A stretch of DNA of 38,810 bases from the IMG/VR virus record IMGVR_UViG_3300046719_000006, positions 1 through 38,810 of that record; one strand, written 5' to 3'. The DNA comes from a virus. Its lineage: Duplodnaviria; Caudoviricetes. Positions 17,868 to 25,547 of this stretch are shown piece after piece (positions within the stretch are counted from its first letter, which is position 1; the number at the start of each line of letters is the position of its first letter). The position numbers were made by a program, and so were the translations under genes. The notes under the pieces are model-generated. The model worked only from the letters and a program-made list of their open reading frames with translations, was not told the DNA's origin and ran no database searches.

Positions 17868-17940
17868 TGTGGCGGGCAGGTATCGCACCTACACATACGG
17901 TCTCGTATTTTCGCCGCTGCGCTCTTTACGCTACCGCCAC
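17868..17940 (-). ncRNA. 73-nt tRNA-like RNA with aberrant anticodon arm
   Basis: GTGGCGG/CCGCCAC acceptor plus A; TA at positions 8-9; D-stem GCGT/GCGC; 4-bp GCGG/CCGT stem with a 13-nt loop; T-arm GTAGG-TGCGATA-CCTGC. Confidence 0.65.
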
Positions 17941-17944
17941 AAGC

Positions 17945-18170
17945 GGAAAGGAAACACGGGACAGATTAATATCTGCCGTGGGTCCGTGTTTCCCTCCCTA
18001 GGCACCGACACACCCTGATAGGGCTTGCACGCTCGGTAGCCTTGTGACACGTGCTGCACGGGATTCGGTTGGAACCTTGACCGATACAGTTACTCATCCG
18101 AAGGTAGAGAGGTACCGGTTCACGCTGCCGTGCCAGCGCTTAGCCCCCTAGTGTCGACCCTAAGCAGCAT
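17945..18170 (-). ncRNA. Additional structured RNA modules of the cassette
   Basis: GGAAACACGG/CCGTGTTTCC hairpin, GGCTACCGA/TCGGTGCC multiloop, TGCTGC/GCAGCA-closed domain at ~18052-18169; no credible ORF. Confidence 0.45.
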
Positions 18171-18172
18171 TT

Positions 18173-18205
18173 GCATACATTAGCGTTCCGGTATGCCAGC
18201 GGAAC
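18173..18205 (-). other. H-type RNA pseudoknot
   Basis: S1 GTTCCG/CGGAAC, L1 CTG, S2 GCATAC/GTATGC, L3 GCTAAT; both stems are perfect 6 bp. Confidence 0.6.
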
Positions 18206-18207
18206 CG

Positions 18208-18306
18208 TGAGGCATCTAGGAATCGAACCTAGAACACTGGATAGGCTTCCGTGGATAAGGTCTGCTTATCGCACCTAGAGCCAATGCGTAAACCCGTTAC
18301 TGCCTC
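18208..18306 (-). ncRNA. 99-nt tRNA-like RNA with reduced D-arm and two extra hairpins
   Basis: GAGGCA/TGCCTC acceptor plus A; T-arm CTAGG-TTCGATT-CCTAG; hairpins GCATT/GGTGC, GATAAG/CTTATC and CACGGA/TCCAGTG. Confidence 0.7.
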
Positions 18307-18311
18307 AAAGG

Positions 18312-18385
18312 TGCTTCCTATCGGATTCGAACCGATAACCTCAGGGACCTAAACCCTGCGCCTCTGCCAATTGGGCCAAGGAAGC
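18312..18385 (-). tRNA. tRNA-Leu (anticodon TAG), short variable loop, CCA not fully encoded
   Basis: Cloverleaf: GCTTCCT/AGGAAGC; D-loop with TGG; CAGGG-TTTAGGT-CCCTG; ATCGG-TTCGAAT-CCGAT; discriminator A. Confidence 0.92.
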
Positions 18386-18458
18386 TCAGACGGGAGCAGA
18401 GGATTGGTTACCTTCCGTTCCCGCCCTCATACCTGAACCATGCGCTGTCAATACTGAT

Positions 18459-18551
18459 TCAGGTAAGTTTCTGGATCGTTGGAACAATGAGAGCTGCGAG
18501 GAATCCGCCGAGTGTGATAGCTGCTGTTGAGCGCAGCAAGAATCTTGGCAT
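18459..18551 (-). CDS. Small membrane peptide (30 aa, MPRFLLRSTAAITLGGFLAALIVPTIQKLT)
   Basis: Manual translation; TGATG overlap. Confidence 0.5.
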   Translation of the reverse strand: MPRFLLRSTAAITLGGFLAALIVPTIQKLT

Positions 18552-18775
18552 CAACGTTTGAGCCCGTTGTAAACCGAAATCACGTTACGAATGGATTCAT
18601 CGTCCAGCTTATCAAGCACCTGAGTCGTGCCATGAAGGCTCAACCGTGGTACATCGATGTAGTCTGACCTCACCAGCGGGCGAGGTGGAGTGCCTCGCTT
18701 GATTGCCGGATTGAGGATCGTGACGTAGCTGACATTGTATTTCTGCGCCAAGTAGCGGCGGCCATTGTGCGGCAT
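18551..18775 (-). CDS. Hypothetical protein
   Basis: 74 aa, GGAGG RBS, TAATG coupling. Confidence 0.7.
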   Translation of the reverse strand: MPHNGRRYLAQKYNVSYVTILNPAIKRGTPPRPLVRSDYIDVPRLSLHGTTQVLDKLDDESIRNVISVYNGLKR

Positions 18776-19047
18776 TAGAAAGTAACCTCCTGAGGCGGGG
18801 TAGCTGGCGCTCTGCCAGAACGGGGCTTACGTGCCGGACGCTTGCTCAGCGCGCCAGTCAAGGCGAAATAGGTTCCGTCAGACAGCTCAGGGAATCGCTG
18901 TGCCGGTGTGCTCGCCTCTCCACCATCGATGGTGAAATTGGCAATCCACCCGTTGGGGCTGTACCCAGTGAAGTGCACTGCAACGGTTCCGTACACTTCA
19001 GACTTCCACATATACGGCTTACCGGTCTCAAGCTTAATTGCAGTCAT
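18775..19047 (-). CDS. Hypothetical protein
   Basis: 90 aa, GAGAGGA RBS. Confidence 0.7.
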   Translation of the reverse strand: MTAIKLETGKPYMWKSEVYGTVAVHFTGYSPNGWIANFTIDGGEASTPAQRFPELSDGTYFALTGALSKRPARKPRSGRAPATPPQEVTF

Positions 19048-19082
19048 TGCATTTCCTCTCGTTAAGAATGACCCTCTCCAAA

Positions 19083-19603
19083 GTCACTCAGAAGAATGCA
19101 CAGCTACTAAATTGTATATGACTCGCTTTTCTGGCGCTATAGATCATTCATGCGGATTACCGGCCGGATAATCGGCGACCTATAAGGCGGTACTCAGGTC
19201 TCTATCATATGCGAATCTAGTGCTGTGCATTCATCTGAATGACGGTACCGGCGACTAGCGAACCCTGGCGTAAAGCCTAGGAAGTTGCCAATCGAAGTAG
19301 CGCGACAATGTCGCCGGTACCTCATTCTAGTTTTGAGTAATGCTATCCAGTGAACTCAAGCGAGCAATGCCGCTGTATACCACTGGCCGAATGGATTCGC
19401 ACCGTACACCGGTCAAGCGAGCAATGCCGCTGTGTAGATGCTGCGTCGAATCCTATTCGGTAATTACTTGGCTTACTGAGCGCACTACTCGCGCTGAGCT
19501 TCCGATATCTAGGCTTACAGGCTGGCGCTGTGCCGGGTGGCCCTGCTAGGCGGTTGAGCCGTTCATCAAGTTGTGAGATGAACCTAGTCCGACCCAACCG
19601 CCT
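19083..19603. ncRNA. Highly structured non-coding block (probably a minus-strand transcript)
   Basis: ~39-nt imperfect inverted arms 19083-19121/19205-19243; 12-bp GGTACCGGCGAC/GTCGCCGGTACC stem 19244-19321; twin-motif hairpins 19347-19460; long hairpin 19548-19603. Confidence 0.55.
19356..19433. repeat. 21-nt direct repeat TCAAGCGAGCAATGCCGCTGT x2
   Basis: Exact copies at 19356-19376 and 19413-19433, separated by 36 nt. Confidence 0.9.
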
Positions 19604-19621
19604 GCCGCTACCCCCAACCGG

Positions 19622-19637
19622 TGTGACTTACGTCACA
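19622..19637. promoter_or_regulatory. CRP/GlxR-type palindrome TGTGA-CTTACG-TCACA
   Basis: Exact TGTGA-N6-TCACA at the boundary between lysis genes and the ncRNA/early region. Confidence 0.65.
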
Positions 19638-19652
19638 TCCGATTTGTCCGAA

Positions 19653-19901
19653 TCAGTAACCCGCTGCGTCATCCCGTCGCGCGTCTGCACGCGTGTAGCT
19701 AGCAACTGGCTTGTTAGGTACCCGCCAGACGGCCCACACGGTCGCAACCAGCGTTGCTGCTGCCGTAGCTAGGGTGCCGTATTCCGTGAGGTCCACAGCG
19801 TCGTCAGCTAGGGCTAGCTGCACCGTGGCTAGTGCCGTAGTTAGTGCCGTAAGGGTTGCACCCAGCGCTGCAACGATTGCTTTAGTGGCTTTGGTATTCA
19901 T
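19653..19901 (-). CDS. Holin
   Basis: Two TM segments, KAIVAA...VWRVPN pattern, follows the endolysin. Confidence 0.8.
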   Translation of the reverse strand: MNTKATKAIVAALGATLTALTTALATVQLALADDAVDLTEYGTLATAAATLVATVWAVWRVPNKPVASYTRADARRDDAAGY

Positions 19902-19917
19902 TACTACTCCAATCTAA

Positions 19918-20667
19918 TTACGGGGTCGATGGCGTCAGCAGCTCTAGGATAGCTGCTAGCTGCCCCTTCATTTCCTCGTTATCAGCTTTCAATGTGTCTA
20001 CGTCTGCCGCTAGTGTGGTAACTGTCTCAGCAGTAGCCTTGATCCGATCGTAATCGCGCTGTGTGGCGATAGCGAACGAGCCAGGGTCAGCTTCCTGCCA
20101 AGGCCGCTTGTTATGCACGCGAGTAGCAATGTCATCCTTGTCGAGATTCGAAAGCGTTACCTGCATTTCGCCTACCTCCTCAAACTTGAAATCGAATGTA
20201 GTGTTCTGATCTGCTGCCTCTGACCATGCTCCGGAGAAGTGAGCATGTTTGTCGTGCGGGTTACTGCCGGTGTAATTCTCAGGCGCAAAGCCAGTCGAGT
20301 AGTGGTACTTCTTTCGATCAAAGATCATATACCGAATGACCGTCGAAAGATTTGGTAGCCGGCGCATATGATCAATAACTACCTGCATTTGTGCCTGAGG
20401 ATCCGTGGAACTGGTAAGGGTAGGGTCATTGAGCTTGCAGGTCACATCGATTGCACGAATGTCTTCGATATTATCGCTATCACCTTCCCATTCTGCATTG
20501 CGGTACTTAGTGTCATCGGCATTATGCCCTGAGGTATCTTCCGCGTGCGCTGCATCCCCTCTGGCACCATCAGAGGTTGTATCCCGATCCTCCCAGCGTG
20601 CATTGAACTGATTTCCCAGATTCGTCATTCCGGGTGTTAGGTCTGCAACATTGTTCCAGTTGGTCAT
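19918..20667 (-). CDS. Endolysin, putative Zn peptidase (M15-like) with C-terminal coiled coil
   Basis: SGHN..RAIDV..YMIFDRK..YTGSNPHDKHAHFS; start ATG 20667 with GGAGG RBS; lies before the holin. Confidence 0.75.
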   Translation of the reverse strand: MTNWNNVADLTPGMTNLGNQFNARWEDRDTTSDGARGDAAHAEDTSGHNADDTKYRNAEWEGDSDNIEDIRAIDVTCKLNDPTLTSSTDPQAQMQVVIDHMRRLPNLSTVIRYMIFDRKKYHYSTGFAPENYTGSNPHDKHAHFSGAWSEAADQNTTFDFKFEEVGEMQVTLSNLDKDDIATRVHNKRPWQEADPGSFAIATQRDYDRIKATAETVTTLAADVDTLKADNEEMKGQLAAILELLTPSTP

Positions 20668-20683
20668 AGCTGTTCCTCCCTTC

Positions 20684-21217
20684 TTAGGTAGCAATCTGTC
20701 TGGTAGCCATTGTGGTACCGGCAACGACTGTTGTGAGCGAAGCATCGGATACCCGCTGTGCCCATTGTAGCGACAATGTTCCCGCTACGGTCACCACCAC
20801 GGTATAGCTCTCTTCTAGCACAACGTATGCGTTAGCAGTGCCCGCGGCAGAGCCATAGGTGGCATCTGTGCCAGCCGCGATGCCTGCCATAAGCATTGGT
20901 GTGATAGCGCCAGCCGCGGCAACATTGGAGCTAGGCGGACCGATACAGGCACGAATAGGATTATTCCATGTACCGGTGAAAGCCCAACGGGTTTTGATAT
21001 CTGGCGTGGCGGTAGTGTCGGTGTAGAACAGCAGCATTAGTTTTACCCAATGCGTACCTACAGCTAGTGGAATGGCGGTTAGCTCTGCATCGTTACTGAG
21101 TACGATATCAGCAGTAGCGGTTTCGTTGGCTGTCTTGACGTAGATGTCTGGAATATCTAATGCGAGGTTGGTACCGGAAACGGATACGCCAACCCCCCAT
21201 GGCGGAAACTTAGGCAT
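20684..21217 (-). CDS. Minor tail protein
   Basis: Beta-rich, AGTLSLQWAQ; position after the large tail protein. Confidence 0.7.
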   Translation of the reverse strand: MPKFPPWGVGVSVSGTNLALDIPDIYVKTANETATADIVLSNDAELTAIPLAVGTHWVKLMLLFYTDTTATPDIKTRWAFTGTWNNPIRACIGPPSSNVAAAGAITPMLMAGIAAGTDATYGSAAGTANAYVVLEESYTVVVTVAGTLSLQWAQRVSDASLTTVVAGTTMATRQIAT

Positions 21218-24090
21218 TACAACCTCGCCAATAGTTCAGGGTAGATGTAAACGTAATCGTTTGCATTGTGAGCTGCGGAATATCCGCCAACTACGCCACG
21301 TGTGACCGTCAACGTCTGTGGAGAAGCAGCGCCACTGACATTTGTCACGGTCATTATCTCACCTCCAATTTTGATGCGGTAGTTGACAGCTCCAGTACCG
21401 AACAGCACGCCGCTCAGTGTTTTCACTGCGATGCTGGTAGCTGAGCTGGTGATTCCCGCGTTGAGCTGCTGCTGCACCACTCCGGCAATAGTGGTATGTG
21501 CAGCAACCCATGAGGAGTAGAGATCTCCACCAGGTGTTGTTTGATTCTCGCTAGTTTGATATGGCCCATACGGCGTCAAGTCATATGTAATTGACCATTC
21601 TTGCGAAAACAATTCTTCAGCAACACCAGTAACCAATAGCGCTAGTTCATCAGGTGCCATAAACAGCGGCAGACTGGTTACTCGAATGATATCTGAAATC
21701 TCAGTCTTTTCGGCTAACAGGAATCGATCAGCATTTGCCGCAAAAGTGGGATGATGCATTTCTAGCTTAAGTGCAGGGTATCGTGATGTTGGCCATGTTC
21801 GTTTAACCAACATAGCTCCGGCAAGATTCGGCAACTGAAGTGTGTTGTAATTATTTACGGTAGGCCCATCAGGCACTGGATTAATGCCATTAGGTGGCGC
21901 CTGAATCGACATAGGTCCGTAAGCAAGTGTTGCTCGCGCTACGCCGCCGGCTGCGCGGTTAAGGATGATGTCATTAGCTACATCCGTATCATCCGGTGTG
22001 CTTTCCAATTCAGCCAATTGAGCATATGTGAGCGACATTCCGTATTGATTATATAGCGACCTGATAGGGCGGAATTCTAATGCGGCCGAATCGTTAGCTT
22101 CAATTATAATACCACCATCGACGTCGGCACATTCATAGAGAATGTTGATTCCTGTGTCGATAGGTTGCGGCCCCATCTGCTGACTGAGACTCGGGTATCC
22201 TATAACTCGTGCTTCCACACCTAGCAATCCACACACGCGACGGAACCGTGAGTCTGCCGTTTCGCCTGAGAATGCGCGCGCAAAGTTAACAACATTAGCC
22301 GTAGGCGTTCCGCTAAAGAATTCCAAACCAACCTTAGGCGATGCCATGGCATGGCAGAATCTAACATCGGTACAGCCTGCACCGGGGTTCATGCCGATGC
22401 GCAGAGGTACACCCAGCGTGCCCGCGGATGAGGTGAGTGGGCCTGTATAGTACAAATCGGTGTTTACGACATGCCATTCATGGGACGATTCAATGTTTCC
22501 GCCCACTTGCCGCTGGCGGGAATGGTATGCAATCCACCTATCAGGTGTGGCGCTGGTGCCATGTAGTACGTTATTAGTCTGCACAAGCGTACCGGCTGCA
22601 TCGTAGGCGCGCAGCCAATACGAGCCTGATGTGACGATTAGATCCCAGCGCTTGATGGTTCCTGAGTTATACCAGCTAACAAGTCGTTGATCTGTAACCG
22701 GTACGCTAGGAAATTTGAAGAATATATAAAAGTGTGATTCTCCCGTTACTGTGGTTACACCAGTGCAGATACCACCAAACGTTGCATCAGCGCCTAGCTT
22801 CATTACCCCCGCTGAGCCAGGAATTTCACCGTCGAATCCTTCAAATGTAATATCTGTAATGTTGGCTGGTGAGCCATCAGACGTACCGCTACCCGCTAGG
22901 GTTACATCTGCTGTAGCAGGCTCTTCTCCAGTCCACCAACCATTAGAATCGTAGTTGCTGAATGTCTGGAAGATAGGCGATTGGAATGGTGTTTCATTAC
23001 TGCCAAGTCGACGAAGGATACCGCCTGCTTCAGCTTCAATCTTGACATCAATACCAGTGCCGTTACTGCTTAAGCTCGGCTTTTGTACCGGAGCACTCAG
23101 CTCACCATAGAAGCGATAGTCAGCATTAGTAATCTCAGCCGTGCCGCCAAGCGTCCAAGTATTACCTAGTCCATCAGCAAATGACGTGGTACCTGTTGGT
23201 TGTGCTGTGTAATCAGCATTAGCAACTAGCGTACCCGCGCTATTGTATATGCGGAATGCGTGAATACGTCCATTGTAGTTAACACTATTACTGGTTGTGA
23301 TGTCTTGTGCTGCGCCACCATCCATCGTGCCTAGTTCAACATTACCGGCACCACTGAAAATACTAGTAACACCGCCCGTGACTGTCGAACCTAGCTGCGT
23401 ATAGGTTCCCGTGATTCCAGTGGTAGACGTCCAGAATTTCACCTCGCGGGAGCCTGCACCATTGTCGATATCCATGGTGACCTTGATTGAGATACGTCCT
23501 GTGGTTGGTAGCATCGCCGTACAGTTAGCGACAATACTATTAGCACCTGTGGTAGACCACACAAATGCTAGATACCCAACGTTACCATTAACCCCAGTTT
23601 CACCAAAGCGGATATACCACGATCGGTTGCTGGGTTCATCATATTTGCTAGCTAGAATCATTCCGCGGTTCTGGCCACTACACCAACGCGTAAAGCGGCG
23701 AGGCTCAAAATCCACTCGAATCTCGATATCGCCAGTGATGTCTAGTGCAGCTTTATCCGTCGTCTGACCGCGTGAACCGTCGTTACGATCAATCAGGTAT
23801 AGGGCAGAGGTGGAGCGAGGCACATAGACGCGTACAGGCGTGTTACGCGGTAGTACACCGAAGTATGGCGACCGTGGATTTTCATTATTGTACACACCAT
23901 CAGGATCGAGCCATGTCCAGTTACAGGTACCGGGAGGCGTATGTGTTTGCAATCCGCTGGCGCCACGCTTGATTGTAACACCAGTCTTTTGCAAGATCCG
24001 TGTACGCGTGTTATATCGAACAACATTGGTCCACACGTTGTTTATTTTGAGCTGCACCACCGTACCCAATGCATCAGAAGGAAAAGCCAT
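21217..24090 (-). CDS. Large minor tail/baseplate protein with LamG-like domains
   Basis: 957 aa after the tape measure; NPRSPYFGVLPRNTPVRV; Gly/Thr-rich beta domains. Confidence 0.85.
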   Translation of the reverse strand: MAFPSDALGTVVQLKINNVWTNVVRYNTRTRILQKTGVTIKRGASGLQTHTPPGTCNWTWLDPDGVYNNENPRSPYFGVLPRNTPVRVYVPRSTSALYLIDRNDGSRGQTTDKAALDITGDIEIRVDFEPRRFTRWCSGQNRGMILASKYDEPSNRSWYIRFGETGVNGNVGYLAFVWSTTGANSIVANCTAMLPTTGRISIKVTMDIDNGAGSREVKFWTSTTGITGTYTQLGSTVTGGVTSIFSGAGNVELGTMDGGAAQDITTSNSVNYNGRIHAFRIYNSAGTLVANADYTAQPTGTTSFADGLGNTWTLGGTAEITNADYRFYGELSAPVQKPSLSSNGTGIDVKIEAEAGGILRRLGSNETPFQSPIFQTFSNYDSNGWWTGEEPATADVTLAGSGTSDGSPANITDITFEGFDGEIPGSAGVMKLGADATFGGICTGVTTVTGESHFYIFFKFPSVPVTDQRLVSWYNSGTIKRWDLIVTSGSYWLRAYDAAGTLVQTNNVLHGTSATPDRWIAYHSRQRQVGGNIESSHEWHVVNTDLYYTGPLTSSAGTLGVPLRIGMNPGAGCTDVRFCHAMASPKVGLEFFSGTPTANVVNFARAFSGETADSRFRRVCGLLGVEARVIGYPSLSQQMGPQPIDTGINILYECADVDGGIIIEANDSAALEFRPIRSLYNQYGMSLTYAQLAELESTPDDTDVANDIILNRAAGGVARATLAYGPMSIQAPPNGINPVPDGPTVNNYNTLQLPNLAGAMLVKRTWPTSRYPALKLEMHHPTFAANADRFLLAEKTEISDIIRVTSLPLFMAPDELALLVTGVAEELFSQEWSITYDLTPYGPYQTSENQTTPGGDLYSSWVAAHTTIAGVVQQQLNAGITSSATSIAVKTLSGVLFGTGAVNYRIKIGGEIMTVTNVSGAASPQTLTVTRGVVGGYSAAHNANDYVYIYPELLARL

Positions 24091-25547
24091 TACACAGCCT
24101 TCCCTCTGCCGTAGGCTACTTGTACTTTACCGCCACCAGTATTCTTTACCTCAGCACGAATACCTTCATTGATAACGCGCATGATCCGGCTATCAGTGGT
24201 ATCCATTTCCAGCCGGACAATGATCTCAATTGGTTCAGCATGACCAGCAAAGCCACCGCGTGCATCTCGTCCATTCGTAAATGGCGATGCTTTTGCAGGT
24301 GTGATCTTCTCACCCTTGTGAATCAGAGCTAGACCAGTCTTCATAACCTTATCGGTACCAACGTCTAGCGATGGAATACGCGGGACGCTGAAAGATGCTC
24401 CACCGATACCCGGTACCCATGATGGGACCGAGAAGCTAATACGGCCGATCGTGTTATTCCATGCCCACACGATACCGTTGAATGCCGCCTTATATGGGGC
24501 GGTAATGATCTTGGCTAGCGACTTGAATGCATTACCAATCTTCTTAGGCAAATCGCTGAATACGTTACCAATCCACTTGATGAATGAACTAGTGGTTTTC
24601 TTGATCCAGTTCCATGTAGCCTTAACTGGATCACCGATCTTGCTCCAAATAGCCTTCCAGAGCGATTGGAACCATGTAGTTTTAGTCGCAATTACTACAA
24701 TGATTGCTACTAGCCCCACAATGAGCGCAATAATTGCGCCTACTGGGTTGGCTGTCATTGCGATATTCCATAGCCATTGCGCGGCGGTAACCGCCCCGAT
24801 GATGCCCACCAACCCAGAAAGAATTCCCGATAGCATTCCAGTCCAGTCAGTAATCTTTCCGAGCACTGAGCTTTGTGCTGCTAGCTCCCGCTGCGAGGCG
24901 GTTAGTTCGGTAGTAGCGCTCTTCTGATCAACTAGCGATTGCTTACTATCTAGTTGCGCCTGCTTGGCGTCGCGATTAGCTTGATTCAAATCTTCCGCTG
25001 CCTGCCGGCCGTCTAGATTTGCTTGATTAACATCATTCTGCGCTTGTGCAGCTTCCGCGGAGTGTGGTCCAAATTCAGCAACCGCCTCGTTATATGCTGT
25101 TTGCGCATTTCTGCCATCAATCAATGCTTGCTTCTGATCGATGGTCGCCTGCTCAGCATCGATACCAGATTGAGCGAAGTCGCGGTTAGCCTGCTTGAAG
25201 TCTTCAACCGCTTGGGCTGCATCTTGCGCAGCTTGTTCCACATCTGTCTGTGCCCGCGCTAGATCTTCCGCCTTGCGTGCGCTATGGCTCATGAGGTCGC
25301 TAACCGATTGCGAGACAGCGCCAACACCCTCTAGGCCCTGTGACATATTATCAGTGAACCCAGTAGCCTTATCTAGCGCATCACCCAGCTTGCCAGTACC
25401 GCGGGCGGCGGTATCAAATGCATCTTCAGTCGAGCCCATTGACTGAACGATTACCTTTTCGGCTCGCTGTGATGCTTTGCCAACACCAACGATTACATCT
25501 GAGGCAGTCTCGTTAGCCCCAACTGTAATGCTAATCTCATTCCCCAC
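24090..25547 (-). CDS. Tape measure protein (short, 485 aa)
   Basis: Coiled coil, ANPVGAIIALIVGL, periodic Trp repeats, VPSWVPGIGG; follows the tail chaperones. Confidence 0.9.
   Translation of the reverse strand: MGNEISITVGANETASDVIVGVGKASQRAEKVIVQSMGSTEDAFDTAARGTGKLGDALDKATGFTDNMSQGLEGVGAVSQSVSDLMSHSARKAEDLARAQTDVEQAAQDAAQAVEDFKQANRDFAQSGIDAEQATIDQKQALIDGRNAQTAYNEAVAEFGPHSAEAAQAQNDVNQANLDGRQAAEDLNQANRDAKQAQLDSKQSLVDQKSATTELTASQRELAAQSSVLGKITDWTGMLSGILSGLVGIIGAVTAAQWLWNIAMTANPVGAIIALIVGLVAIIVVIATKTTWFQSLWKAIWSKIGDPVKATWNWIKKTTSSFIKWIGNVFSDLPKKIGNAFKSLAKIITAPYKAAFNGIVWAWNNTIGRISFSVPSWVPGIGGASFSVPRIPSLDVGTDKVMKTGLALIHKGEKITPAKASPFTNGRDARGGFAGHAEPIEIIVRLEMDTTDSRIMRVINEGIRAEVKNTGGGKVQVAYGRGKAV

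Noticed and set aside
17495-18001. ORFs 17495..17764 (-) and 17777..18001 (+), and likewise the ORFs at 19340-19772
   Set aside because: No convincing RBS or protein-like features; they overlap structured RNA elements or real genes.
17684-18306. tmRNA
   Set aside because: None of the acceptor stems has G3.U70, and no tag reading frame was identified inside a tRNA-like domain.
18423-18451. TTGACA promoter directly upstream of tRNA-Leu
   Set aside because: A perfect -35 at 18451-18446 has no acceptable -10 at 16-18 nt spacing and lies inside a hairpin.
19083-19321. Retron msr-msd or DGR element
   Set aside because: No reverse transcriptase in the window and no TR/VR repeat pair seen.
19356-19433. 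Mini CRISPR array (two repeats with a 36-nt spacer)
   Set aside because: Only two 21-nt copies, no recognisable CRISPR repeat ends, the spacer base-pairs with flanking sequence, and there are no cas genes. The Cas4-like nuclease belongs to the recombination module.
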